Of a DNA stretch of 64,000 bases, positions 12,920 to 25,851 are shown one piece after another. This stretch comes from Octopus vulgaris. Taxonomy: Eukaryota. A model generated the notes under the pieces. That model saw nothing but the letters and a program-made list of their open reading frames with translations, made no database searches and was not told where the DNA came from. The stretch lies in contig OX597830.1 in assembly GCA_951406725.2 (NCBI GenBank), positions 10,726,001 through 10,790,000 on the forward strand. Direction: 5' to 3'. Every line of letters begins with the position of its first letter. The first letter of the stretch is position 1. The position numbers and the translations under genes were made by a program.

Positions 12920-13122
12920 TCTCTTTTACTCTTTTACTTGTTTCAGTCATTTGACTGCGGCCATGCTGGAGCACCGCCTTCAACCGAACAACTCGACCCC
13001 GGGACTTATTCTTTTGTAAGCCCAATACTTATTCTATCGGTCTCTTTTGCCGAACCGCTAAGTGATGGGGACGTAAACACACCAGCATCGGTTGTTAAGC
13101 AATGCTAGGGGGACAAACATAT

Positions 13123-13171
<49 letters not shown>

Positions 13172-13338
13172 TATACGACAGGCTTCTTTCAGTTTCTGTC
13201 TACCAAATCCACTCACAAGGCTTTGGTCAGCCCGAGGCTATTGTAGAAGACACATGCCCAAGGTACCATGCAGTGAGACTGAACCCGCAACCATGTGGTT
13301 GGTAAACAAGCTACTTACCACACAGCCACTCCTGTGCC
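12920..13338 (-). mobile_element. tRNA-derived SINE family A, near full length
   Basis: Reverse complement of 'ggcgcaggagtggctgtgtggtaagtagcttg...ttgggca...'; internal (TA)n; matches 15890-16302. Confidence 0.85.
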
Positions 13339-13366
13339 TATATTTATAAACAAATATATAGATAGA

Positions 13367-13412
<46 letters not shown>

Positions 13413-13559
13413 AATTAAATATTTCTCAATCTCTCAGAGAGATTTATGCAGTATCAGCACGATAAAGTGGTAGCATGTTGTCAACTTAATGAGGCAGCCC
13501 CATAAAAGGGAAGAATGCTACTGTTATTTAGCCCTAGGAAACACCGTTTCCTGTTTCCC

Positions 13560-13701
13560 TTGGATAACACTGGTGGCGTGGAGAGAGGAGGCTGGTATGC
13601 ATGGGCGACTGCTGGTCTTCCATAAACAACCTTGCCCGGACTTGTGTCTAGGAGGGTAACTTTCTAGGTGCAATCCCATGGTCATTCATGACCGAAGGGG
13701 G

Positions 13702-13707
<6 letters not shown>
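13560..13707. repeat. Unclassified GC-richer repeat fragment interrupting the first retrozyme-like monomer
   Basis: Similarity to the 346-bp unit stops at ~13556 and resumes after a (TA)n tract at ~13737. Confidence 0.4.
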
Positions 13708-13741
<34 letters not shown>

Positions 13742-13951
13742 TATATTTCTAAATCTCTCAGAGAGATTTATGCAGTAGCAGCACAATAAAGTGATAGTAT
13801 GTTGTCAACTTAAATTGACAGTCCTATAAAAGGGAAGAATGCTACTGTTATTTAGCCCTAGGAAACACCACTTCCTGTTGGACTTGACACATTTCCTGTG
13901 TCTTTATGTTTTCAAAGTGGAGACAAACACCCCCACCCAGCAAAGCCAGCA

Positions 13952-13994
13952 TCCAGAGACCAGTTTCAGAGTCATTGCTCCTCATCAGTCAGGA
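13952..13994 (-). ncRNA. Type I hammerhead ribozyme (minimal stem III)
   Basis: Minus strand reads uccuga CUGAUGA ggagcaaugacucu GAAA cugg UC ucugga: intact core, stem II ggag/cucu, stem III ac(ug)gu, GUC triplet; outer inverted repeat tatgttttcaaag/ctttgaaagcata at ~13905/14030-14042. Confidence 0.75.
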
Positions 13995-14180
13995 GTAGCA
14001 TGGCTCGCTAGCTGTCGATGCCTACCCACCTTTGAAAGCATATATCTGAAGTGAAATACATTCACTGATTTTTGAAAATAGAAATAATATATTTCTAAAT
14101 CTCTCAGAGATATTTATGCAGTAACAGCACGATAAAGTGATGGTATGTTGTCTACTTAATGTGACAGTCCATCATTTTAT

Positions 14181-14214
<34 letters not shown>

Positions 14215-14883
14215 GTATAGAGACATAGACACACACATATATGCAAAAATGTTCACATGTATACATATATGTGCCTCTGTGAGTGTGCGTATGTATCTAT
14301 AAATCTATATATATATGTCCACGTGTATTTATGTGTATATATGTTTGTGCTGTGTTTGTCCCCTGTCACTGCTTGACAATAATTGTTGGTTTGTTTACAT
14401 CCCCATAGCTTAACAGTTCAGCAAAATCGCCCAACAGAATAAGTACCAAGCTTAAAAACAAAAAAACAAAACCAAGCTCAATTTGTTTGACGAACCCTTT
14501 TAAGGTGCTGTCCCAGCAAGATCCCAGTCTGAGGACAAAAACACATAAAAGAGAAACGATATTATATCAGTTATTTGTTATTTCTTTCTTCTGTTAAATT
14601 TCATTTAAAGCTTAAAGTTTAAAGTGACCGGCATTATACTCTTCTTTCGGTGCCAGTGCTTGTAAATTCTTCAATGTACAAATTCCGTTTCCCCAACGTC
14701 GCCTTATCTTTTATTGCATTGCAAGAACGGCATCGGAATATAATGTTTCCTACAAGATTGAAACATTTCTACTTCAAGCTTCTCTCTTAACTGCTGCTAG
14801 CTTTAACATATACATGTGTGTGTGTGTGTGTATACATGTATACAGACACACACATATATATACATATATATGTGTGTATATAC

Positions 14884-14916
<33 letters not shown>

Positions 14917-15889
14917 CATATATACACATATATATATGTATATATATATATACACACATATCTATGTGTGTTTGTGTGTGTATATATATATATATATACA
15001 CACATACATATATATGTGCTTGTGTATATATATACACATATATATGCATGTATATATATATATATACACACATATATATATGTATGTATATATACACACA
15101 CAGATATATATATACAAACACAGACACATATATGTGTATGTATGTGTGTGTGTGCATGTGTGTTTGTGAGCCTGTGTGTGTAAGCCATGTGTGTGTTTGG
15201 ATATATGTATTTGAGCTCATAAGGGTATATATGTATGCATATGCATGTGTGTGTGTGTGTGTGTGAGACGATGTTTGTGCATATGTGTCTCCTTGCCTTG
15301 ACATTATTCCATAGCTGTAAACAAGTGTCACCTTCATACAAGTGGTGTCCTTTGTTATTCGATCTTCTATGAAATCAAGTCTGGCCACAGAGAAATATTA
15401 CACTGCTTAGAAACAGGCAAAGATCGGTGACAGGAAGGGCATCCAGCCACAGAAAATCTTCACCAATGAGTTCTGCTCGACCAATGCAAGTGTGGAAAAC
15501 TACCCATGACGATGATGACGACGATGATGATGATGATGACGATGGTGGTGTTGGGTGGTGGTGGTGGTGGAAAAAAATTTCAGGGAGGAGTACAATCCCT
15601 TTATTTGGCCCCATCATTTGACTGTCATTTTTTTTCTTTTATCTTATTGACACTGAAAGTGTAAGAGGTAAAGCTGATTTTGGCTGGGTTTGAACTTGGC
15701 ATGCAAAGAGCAGGAAGAAATATCACAAGGCATTTAGCTGGATGCTCTAACAATTCTGTCAATCCACCAACCAGCCTCGTGATGGTGTAGCGGTTATATA
15801 TAGTCAGTACAAGGTCTCGATGTGGCTGTGTGTTATGTTATAACAATAGTTCATAAATAAATGAAGAATAACTTCAAAACCTATATACT

Positions 15890-16302
15890 TACTCTTTTAC
15901 TCTTTTACTTGTTTCAGTCATTTGACTGCGGCCATGCTGGAGCACCGCCTTTAGTCGAGCAACTCGACCCCGGGACTTATTCTTTTTGTAAGCCCAGTAC
16001 TTATTCTATCGGTCTCTTTTGCCGAACTGCTAAGTATCGGGGACATAAACACACCAGCATCGGTTGTCAAGCAATGCTAGGGGGACAAACACAGACACAC
16101 AAACACACATATACATATATATATATATATACATATATACGACAGGCTTCTTTCAGTTTCCGTCTACCAAATCCACTCACAAGGCATTGGTTGGCCCGGG
16201 GCTATAGCAGAAGACACTTGCCCAAGATGCCACGCAGTTGGACTGAACCCGGAACCATGTGGCTGGTTAGCAAGCTACTTACCACACAGCCACTCCTGCG
16301 CC
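15890..16302 (-). mobile_element. tRNA-derived SINE family A, near full length
   Basis: High similarity to 12920-13338 and 30655-31030. Confidence 0.85.
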
Positions 16303-16756
16303 TATTACTACATAAAAATAATTTCTAGTTCTTTAATCAATGATGATAAATTAAATCAAAATGTAGAATCTAGTTGCATGAAGTAATCTATGCAAGAAAG
16401 TTCAGAGATAGGAAATATAGAAATAACAGCTAAGTGGTGGTATTCACTCATGTGGTGTAGAGAAACAGACGTACATAGCAATGACATGAATGGCTCTCCA
16501 TCCAGTTGACAAAGCAGCAAAGAGCAGAATAAGCAAGCTGTTTTTATTAATGGAACACTAGACATTCTAGAAACTTCCAAGAGAAACACCTAGCTTCAAG
16601 AATAATTAAGAATCACGTCTCATGACACAGATGCTTCAAGAAACTTGGAAAAGGGAGGTTACTCTGTGATCTTTCTTGCAAGGAAGATCATTCAACTATT
16701 TAGTTACCTACAGTACTACAATGGTAATACTAATAATAATAATAATAATAATAATA

Positions 16757-16794
<38 letters not shown>

Positions 16795-16813
16795 AATAAT
16801 AGTAATAATAATA

Positions 16814-17370
16814 GCCCTGATGCAGTACCAGGCAGTGGCTCTCATGGCTTCTGATCTTAACTGATTGGAAGTGTTATCATGTACATTGTTTTGTCTTGGT
16901 ATAAAAGATGGGCTACAGCAAATATTCTGCTCAATACCACAGATTTGCTTGTCAGTTGTTTGACCTTAACCAGTTGAGCATGTCCCTTAGTGGCTGACGA
17001 TATGTGCATCTCTGATCACGAGCAGAAGTAGTGCGGGAGCATCAAAGCCATGTGTTGAGAAGGATTCTTTGGGGTTTGAATAATTCACCTCTGGAAACAT
17101 GGGTGTTTCGTTCAACGTCCTTAAACAACCCTTATTCAGGGACCATTTGAGCAGGATGGGTTACTCGATCTGAAAAAAATTCTAACTGGGCCCCACCTGC
17201 AAGGTCATGTGCTGTTTATCTTGATATGAGATCACCATATCGCGCACATATGGTTGTGATGCATGTGCCTGGTGTACCCTTATCAGATGGGTAGTCATGA
17301 TGGGTATATTGGGCTTCGTATATTTTACCCCAGTGTCACTTTGATGGCATGCAGTGCTCGCTCACTCAAT
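16814..17370. repeat. Unclassified ~560-bp interspersed repeat embedded in (AAT)n
   Basis: Second copy at 29558-30105 with the same ends (gccctgatgcag ... ctcactcaat); partial copy at 10675-10922. Confidence 0.8.
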
Positions 17371-18364
17371 AATAATAATAATAATCACTATTATATAATG
17401 TCTGTTTTCATACAGGCATGGATTGGATGGTTTCAGTAGAGCTGGTGAGGCTAAGGGCCATATCAGGCTCTGCTGGTCTGTTTTGGCATGGTTTATACAA
17501 CTGGATACCCTTCCTAACATCAACCACTTCACAGGGTCAACTGGGTGCTTTCTACATGGCTCTAGCAGCAGTGCTAGAAAGGCAAAGTTGACTTTGGCAA
17601 ATTTGAACTCAGAATGTAAAGAGCCAGATCAAACACAGCTAATTATTTTGCCTGAAATGCTAACGATTCTGCCATCTAGCATAATAATTAGAATGATGTA
17701 ATGATATCATGATAATGGTATTTATGGTGATAATGATGATGATGAGGAGGAGGATAGGCAATGGGTGTACACAATATGATGATGATGATGGTGGTGGTAA
17801 TGAACTATGGCTATAAACAGTATGTTGATGATGATAGTGGGGGGGGGTGAGCTATGGTTAAATACATGATTATGATGATGGCTAAACCATGGCTGTAAGC
17901 ATCATGATGATAATGATGATGATGGTGATGGTAGTGGTGGTGGTGGTGGTGGTGGTGATGATAGATAAATTGTGGTTACAAACATTATAATGATGGTGGT
18001 GGTGGTGGTGGTGGTGGTGGATGATGACAGATAAATCACAGTTGCAAACATTATGACGTTGAAGATGATGAGGATGGAGATGGTGGTGGTCGTCGTCGTT
18101 GTCATCATAGCCACGAACTACAGTTATAAACATGATGATGATGATAATGTTGATGGTGGTGGTGATGAACTATAGTGATAAACATGATGATGATGGTGAT
18201 GATGATGATGGTGATGGATGGTGGTTATAAACATTATGATGATGTCACTGATTATGATAAGCCACAGCTATAAACATTATTATCTTCAGCAATGTATATA
18301 ATGTCACTCTCACTAACATCAAAAGTCAACCCAAAACACACCAGGGGCGGGGGGGGGGATATTT

Positions 18365-18466
18365 GAGTGTGTGTGTGTGTGTGTGTGGATATGTGTGTGT
18401 GTTTGTGCATAAGTTTCTTTTGTTTTATGTGTGTTTGTGTGAGTGTTTCTTTTCTGTTTTATATGT

Positions 18467-18501
<35 letters not shown>

Positions 18502-18806
18502 GGCAGAGATGCAAACAAGTATATACATATGTATGTGTGTGTGTGTGTGTGTGTGTGTATGTACATGTGTGTATGTGTGTGCATGAGTGTGTGTTTGTGT
18601 GTGTGTGTATAGGCAGAGATGCAAACAAGTATATACATATGTATGTGTGTGTGTGTGTGTGTGTGTGTATGTACATGTGTGTGTGTGTGTGCATGAGTGT
18701 GTGTTTGTGTGTGTGCTTGCATGCGTGCGTATGTGTTTGTGCGTAAGTTTCTTTTGTTTTATGTGTGTGTGTGTGAGTGTTTCTTTTCTGTTTTATATAT
18801 ATGTAC

Positions 18807-18837
<31 letters not shown>

Positions 18838-18859
18838 GGCAGAGATGCAAACATGTATA

Positions 18860-18900
<41 letters not shown>

Positions 18901-18915
18901 ATGTACATGTGTATG
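18365..18915. repeat. (GT)n-rich compound repeat with higher-order duplications
   Basis: 'ataggcagagatgcaaaca' at ~18499, ~18609 and ~18835. Confidence 0.85.
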
Positions 18916-19179
18916 TTAAACTAAATGGACAGATTGACAGACAGCCAGACAGACAGACAGACAGACAGATAGATCAAATTCTTCTGGGTGGGTAACAATT
19001 TTGAAGTTGGCGGTGGAGGAGGCGGAGTGGTTCTTGGTGGAGAAACATCAAGATAAAGTAATTGAGGCAGTCAGAGTATATGACAGAATAATGAAGCTTA
19101 AACAAATCATAGGCAACAGGATATCAACAATGATCTCTGCCTTGGCACCACGATCAGAACTGACAGATGAACCAAAAAC

Positions 19180-19745
19180 CATATCTACGAGGCTCTGTAA
19201 AAGAACTGGTTCTGAGACGCCCTGTAACAGAACGACTTCTATGAGACCCTCCGAGAGAAATATTTCTATAATGCCTTCTAAAAGAATCATTTCTTTGAAA
19301 CCCTCAAGGAGAACCAATTCTAGAGTGAGACCCTTTAAATGAATCATTTCTGTCTTGCCCTCTAAAAGAATCATTTGTATGACACCTAAAAGAACTATTT
19401 CTATGCAGCCCTCTAAAGAACTGCTTCAATGAGGCACTCTAAAAAAAACCCACTTCTATGAGACCCTCTAAAAGAATCACTTCTATGATGCCCTCCAAAA
19501 CAGTGCTCTACAACTGGTGTGCCACAGCACACTGGTGTGCTATGAGACGATGCTAGGTGTGCCACAGTTTAATCTGAATATAATTTAATTCCCTATAATT
19601 TAGTTATATTTTTAGTCCAGGGGTGCCACCGAAATTTGAAAAGAATATAAGTGTACCGCAAGTGTAAAAAGGTTGCAGAGCATTGCTCTAGAACAACCTT
19701 TTCTATGAGACCCTTCAAAAGAATCATTTCTATGAGACCCTCTAC
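19180..19745 (+). repeat. Degenerate 27-bp minisatellite (consensus ~ccctctaaaagaatcatttctatgaga)
   Basis: Roughly 12 units before and 2 after the MITE at 19501-19685. Confidence 0.85.
19501..19685. mobile_element. hAT (Buster/Charlie-like) MITE, 185 bp
   Basis: TIR cagtgctctacaac / gttgcagagcattg (12/14 match); 8-bp TSD ctccaaaa / ctctagaa (6/8), which fits the NTCTAGAN target preference. Confidence 0.8.
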
Positions 19746-19793
19746 ATCGATATCAGATGACAGTGAGTTCATTATCCTAGTTGGTGCTTTTAA

Positions 19794-20015
19794 CCCTTTT
19801 GTTACCGTATTTCTGTTGAGATTCTCTGTGTTTCTTTCAATTAATTTTAAACATAACCATGAATTTAGTAAAATAACTTGGTTATCATTAAGCTAGTGTT
19901 AGGAACATAAATTGTGACTAAGGTTTGGTGGAAGATTTTAATTCAGAACTTATGGAATCAAGACATTTGTACTACAGAGCCAGAGCTGGTTTCAGCTGGG
20001 TGGGTAAAGAAAGGA
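19794..20015. mobile_element. piggyBac-like MITE
   Basis: TTAA on both flanks; imperfect TIR cccttttgttacc / ggtaaagaaagga. Confidence 0.65.
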
Positions 20016-20904
20016 TTAAATACCTAAAGTTATATCTAATTTGCAATATATTTTTACTTGACCAAAAGTTTCGAACATAGGTCTGAAAATTAGAATACTC
20101 CTATTAAATGCCCAAATATATACACTGTATATTTTTGAATCAAATTGTACTTGGGCATAACGATTTTAATTTTTAAAAGAATGATCCAAACTTTTAGCCA
20201 CGACTGTATGTGATGTGAAAGGATGGTTCAAAGATGTGCTGAAAGATGCATGCAAGGAGAGGGGAGAGAAGAGAGAGAGAGAGAGAGAAGTAGAACATAG
20301 AAGAATAACTGAAAGTTTCAACAAGACAGCTTGCTGTGAACCACAGATGCATATGATTAGAAGTGGGAGAAAAGATAAAGGCTTATGGTACAGAAGACAA
20401 CTGGTACTCTTTGTGAAACAGCCTGTTGCAAAGCAGAGACCAGCCTTGTGGATGAAGCAAGATTCCAGCTAAATGGAAGTCAATGTGGTGGCATGGTACT
20501 GTAAAATGAACCATTTTCTCTGTCATGCTGTCTGCCCCCTACAGATGGAATAGCATCAATGGTAAAGCAGCGATGAATAACCCATGGAGACTAAGAAGAC
20601 AAAATTCTAAAAACAAATGACTGATCCCATTACAGCTTTGTAGTCAAATGTTTTTATGACTCATTGTTAACGGGGACCCCTATAGATGTTGTTTACTTTT
20701 GTTTTTAATCGAATAAAAAAGAACTGTCTTCCAAGCATGGAATGAACCCAGCACCTGGTCTTGTAAACAAGCGAGGCCTAGACTCTTTGCAGTTGAAGAA
20801 ACTACTGATGGTATTAATTCTTCAGCAATTGGAGTAATGCAGACAATCGAACTGGTGAAAGTGATGAGGAAATTAGCACACTTTGGGTGAACATATATGG
20901 GAGA

Positions 20905-21220
20905 TGAGAGATAGGCCTGTTGTTCTAATTTTTGGCCATTTTGTCTGTTATCTTGCCTAACAAATACAGTAGTTAAGAGAAAGGCCTATTATTGTTATTC
21001 TCCTGAATCTTTTTGGTCATTCTGTCCATTAGTTTGCTTCCAATGAACAAATACGGTAGCTGAGAGATTGGTCAATTATTGTTATTCTCCTGGATTTTTT
21101 CTGTGATTTTGTCCATTAGTTTGCGTAACAAATACGGTAGTTGAGAGAAAGGTCTATTATTGCTATTCTCCCAAACTTTTTTTCTTGGGGGGGGGGGGGT
21201 TCTGTCCATTAATCTGCCTG
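20905..21220. repeat. ~80-bp degenerate tandem repeat, 3-4 copies
   Basis: 'aacaaatacggtagttgagaga...attattgttattctcc...tgtccatta' repeated. Confidence 0.8.
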
Positions 21221-21924
21221 CAATCATTACTCTTAAGCTACTTATTGTTTTGTGGTCAGGGGCTGGGTTTGAGAAGGTTAAAACTAAAAGACAGGTCTAG
21301 AAAGAATGGAAGAAAGTGGTTTACAAGAAGGGAACCTAGACATCAGATGTAAATAGCAAAAAGAGAATCAGGAAACAAGGGGTTTGCCAGTGTCCTGCCA
21401 TGTGTGAAGATCAGAGGGGTGATGTGTCCTGGATTGGCATAGAAGTGTATTGGCGGGAATCAGGATGTGATTCGTAAACATCGCAGCAGACTTGTCTTCA
21501 CAGACACTAAGGAGAACGGTATGAAAATCATCATCATCACCATCCTCCTCCTCATCCATCATCATCATCATCATTATCGTCATCGTCATTGTCATCATCA
21601 TCATCATTTAATATCCATTTTCCATGCTGGCAAGCTGGAGAGCTGCACCAGGCTCTGATCATCTGTTTTAGCATGGTTTCTAAAACCGGATTGCCCTTCC
21701 AAATGCCAACCACGTCACAGAGTGTTCCTGGTGCTTTTTTACGTAGCACTGGCACAAGTACTTTCTATGTGGCAGCGGTACCAGTGGGGGGTGGGGGTCT
21801 CAGAAATACTATTGCATGAGATTACAACTCAATGATTAGTAATAGTCTTGACGTCATGCATGGGAGGTGATGAAAGGACTGCACCAACAACATCCAACAA
21901 GGGGAAGACAAACTGAAATTCTTT

Positions 21925-22138
21925 TCTACTCTAGGCACAAGGCCCAACATTTGTGGGGAGGTGGGGCCATTCGAATAGATCAACTCCAGTATGCAACTTG
22001 TACTTAATATATCGACCCCGAAAGGATGAAAGGCAAAGTCGACCTCGGTGGAATTTGAACTCAGAACGTAAAAACAGACAAAATACAGCTAAGCATTTCG
22101 CCCGGCAAGCTAACATTTCAGCCAGCTTGCTGCCTTGA
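21925..22138 (-). mobile_element. Family-B SINE
   Basis: Reverse complement of the family-B consensus. Confidence 0.8.
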
Positions 22139-22656
22139 AGAGCCATTGAAATTAATCAAAATCTCGTTTTGAGTTGAGTTCAATGATGTTGAGTTTGAGT
22201 AAAGTATAATAATGTTGAGTCTACGTACAAAAAAAACTGTAACACACACCTACATATTATTTCATTCCACAAACACACTCTCTCTCTCTCTCTCTTACTC
22301 TCTCTCTTTCTTTTCTCACCCATATCACTTTTACATATATCCACTCGCACAGTTTCTTTTCTCTCTCTCTCTCTCTCACTCTCTTGCATCCATCATCAAT
22401 TCACAGTTTTTCTCTCTTTTCTTCTCTTTTTCTTTCTCTTTCCCTTTCTGTCACCCTTACTTCTAGCATCCATTCAGTTTCTCTCTCTCTCTTTCTCCCC
22501 TCTCTCTCTCTCTTTCTCCCCCTCTCTCTCTCTTTCTTCCCCTCTCTCTCACTCTCGCATCCAGCATCCATGCACACAATTTTTCTCTCTTTCTTTCTCC
22601 TTCCCTCTCTGTCACCCTTACTTCTAGAATCCATTCACAACTTCTCTCTCTCTCCG

Positions 22657-22687
<31 letters not shown>

Positions 22688-23111
22688 CTGCTCTCTTTCA
22701 CTCTCTCACTCTCTTCTCTCTCTCTTTCACTCTCTTTCCCTCCCACTCTCTCTCTCCTCCATTCTCCCCCCACCACCCTCACCACTCATACACTAAACCA
22801 GACTAGACCAGGCTAGACCACATAACACAAGAGAATTGAATATTTCAAGAATTAGGTTTCCAATCCTTCTTAAGTGGCAGAAAAAAACGTCAAAAAAACA
22901 GAAAAAAAAAAAAGTGACAACAACAACAAAAACAAGGCAAACAAAACAAGAAAAAAAATCAATGCCAAAAGATGATGGCGGAGGTGGGGAAAAGGCTTCT
23001 AATAGAAGCAGGTCAATAAGATCAGTAACGAGTCTCTCCCTCGTTATCCTAGAGGGAGAGAAAAATAATTACTAAGAAGGACATACACAGCAACCACATG
23101 TGATTATTTTA

Positions 23112-23585
23112 AGTAGTAGTAGTAGTAGCAGCAGTAGCGGTAATGGTAGTGGTGGTGGTGGTAATGGTAGTAGTAATGGTGGTGGTGGTGGTGGTGGTGG
23201 TGGTGGTAGTAGTAGTAATAGTAGTAGTAGCAATAGTGGTTGTGGTGGTGGTGGTGGTAATGGTAGTAGTAATGGTGGTGGTGGTGGTAGTAGTAGTAAT
23301 AGTAGTAGTAGCAATAGTGGTGGTGGTGGTGGTGGTAGTAGTAGTAATAGTAGTAGTAGCAATAGTGGTTGTGGTGGTGGTGGTAATGGTAGTAGTAATG
23401 GTGGTGGTGGTGGTAGTAGTAGTTGTGGTAATTGTGGTGTTAGTGATGATGGTGGTGGTGGTAGCAGTAGTGGTTGTAGTAGTAGTGGTGGTGGTGGTGG
23501 TGGTTGTAGTAGAAGCAGAAGTGAGTGTGGTGGTGGTGGTGGTAGTAGTAATTGTGGTAGTGGTGGCAGTAGTTGTTGTTGTTGA
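23112..23585. repeat. (GGT/AGT)n compound trinucleotide repeat
   Basis: Direct observation. Confidence 0.95.
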
Positions 23586-24054
23586 TGTCAATGTAAAGGG
23601 GAAATAGAAAGAGAGCGAGAGAGAGGTCGTTATAGAAGTTGGATATTCTTTTTTTTTTTAAATCAATAGAATTAAACAAATAAATCAATAAAACATTTTT
23701 TTTAAATCAAACAGTCCCAGATGTAAGTATGTACTTCAGAATTATAGGTTTTCAGGTATATTTCAGGTTCAATCTCACTGTGCAGCCATGACCTTAGGCA
23801 AGGATTTAAAGCTTCAGCTTGACCAATGTACTGTGACTGTCAGGTCACTTGTGAGGTCTCTCATGAGTGCTACTAGTAACATGAAATCTAGCATAACCTG
23901 TTGCATGATCAGGTCGTTGGTGACTCAACTAGCAACTTCACTAGACATGCCTGGTGAGGAGGATTGCTAGAAATCCAGAAGGACTGAAAACAAGACCTGT
24001 TAAAAGGACAGATGAATCTAGGGCAGGTTCAATGACTATCTAGCAATAGCATGG

Positions 24055-24508
24055 ACCCTCTGAATTTCTGAGTTGGTGTCTGGTGTGCTGGAAGACCCCT
24101 GGGAGTGAGGTACTCCTTAGCTATAGCACAGGTCCTTAGAAATTCTGGGTTGGTGTCCAATGTGCTGGAAGACCCCTGAGAGTGAGGTACCCCTTAGCTA
24201 TAGCATAGGCCCTTAGAAATTCTGGGTTGGCGTCCAGTGTGCTGGAAGACCCTTGGGAGTGAGGTACTCCTTAGCTATATAGCAAAGGCCCTTAGAAATT
24301 CTGAGTTGGTGTCCAGTGTACTAAAAGACCTCTGGGAGTGAGGTACACCTTAATTATAGCACAGGTCCTTAGAAATCCTGGGTTGGTGTCCAGAGTACTA
24401 AAAGACCACTAGGAGTGAGGTACTCCTTAGCTATAGTACAGTCCCTTAGAAATTCTGGTTTGGTGTCCAGTGTGCTAAAGGACCAGTGGGTGTGAGGGAC
24501 CCTTTAGC
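24055..24508. repeat. 77-bp minisatellite, ~6 copies
   Basis: Unit ccttagaaattctgggttggtgtccagtgtgctggaagacccctgggagtgaggtactccttagctatagcacaggt; starts at 24134 and 24211 give period 77. Confidence 0.95.
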
Positions 24509-25696
24509 ATGTCTCCAGAACCTACTTAAATTTCAGGCTAGTTCTGCTCCAATAATTGGTGGTGACTTGGTCAGTGAATCCCCTGCGATGGTTGGCAATT
24601 GACAGCAAGATCACACTACCCCAAAGTGTGTATGCATGTGACTGGGGACCACATGTGAACTTGCATTTCCATACTGAAACTCTACACACCTCAACTTGAC
24701 ACCTCAACAGCCAATGGGAACTACAGCTATAGTATCTATGCTCTCCAACATGCTTGTTCTCTCAGTGAGGCATTTGTTATGCTTTACACCCTTGACTGCG
24801 GCCAGTCATTGGATGTGGTCAGCATTCATGAGGGACATGGTGAACTTGTTGGTCAAAGCTGGCTCAATCCACCCCAGGGGAATGCCACCACAAGGACAAG
24901 TAAGGAAACTGTGCAGAATCTTATTCATAACATCATCACCACTAGTACCATCATTATCACCTCCACCAGTACCACCACCAGCACCATCATCATCATCATC
25001 TTCACCAGCACTACTACCATCATTATGACCACCATTAACACTATCACCTTCACAAACAACACCATCACAATCAACATCATCATCATCACCAATACTACCA
25101 TCCGCATAATTCACGTTCTTATCACCATAATCGTCAGCATCACCTTCAACATCACCACCACCATCACCGTGATCATTTTTATGTCCATTTTCCATACCAG
25201 CATGGATTGCTCAGGTGGTTGTGATCTGAGACAGTTTTTACTCAGAGGCTCTGCCTTCTCTTGCTATATTCTTTTTGAAGAACTCTGCTTCCAAACATAC
25301 ATGGCCCTCACTGCATTTCAAACACATGTGATCCCTCTAATGATCGCAGCTATTAGACGGAAGACAATTGTCTAAACAGGAAGCAGAATTAGAAATTTAG
25401 AATTGAAATTAAGTAATGGCAATTTGACATCTATGTTTAGCATATAGGGTATCCACTTTAGTCGTCATTCCTCTTAATTTTGTATGTAACACAATTTTTA
25501 GTCTTCAGATTTTTTAAATATGCTAAGCTACTGGTTTTAATTGATTAATATTAAATTCTACCCTTATTATTTAATTATATATATATATATATATATATGA
25601 ACACATGCATACATACACGCATTAATATGCAGAGAGACATGTTTATATATACACATGCATATGTATATATGCACAGGCAGATATATACACACATGC

Positions 25697-25741
<45 letters not shown>

Positions 25742-25802
25742 TACATACACACATGCATAAATATACATATACACACACACACACACATACACGCATGCAT
25801 AA

Positions 25803-25851
<49 letters not shown>

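Larger units (their letters stand above)
13411..14172 (-). mobile_element. Tandem retrozyme-like array: partial + full (346 bp) + partial monomers
   Basis: 'atatttctaaatctctcagagagatttatgcagta' recurs at ~13419, ~13743 and ~14089; period 346 bp between the second and third; hammerhead in the full unit. Confidence 0.8.

Noticed and set aside
23014-23062. 10-bp perfect hairpin tctctccctc/gagggagaga near gcttcta-a-tagaagc
   Set aside because: CT/GA-rich arms are common in this window; no supporting feature
23695-23730. Possible 8-nt microexon (cag|tcccagat|gtaagt)
   Set aside because: Splice-like motifs are frequent by chance; weak polypyrimidine tract and no partner exons found
24055-24508. 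Possible CRISPR array
   Set aside because: Units are contiguous with no unique spacers, there are no cas genes, and the context is eukaryotic
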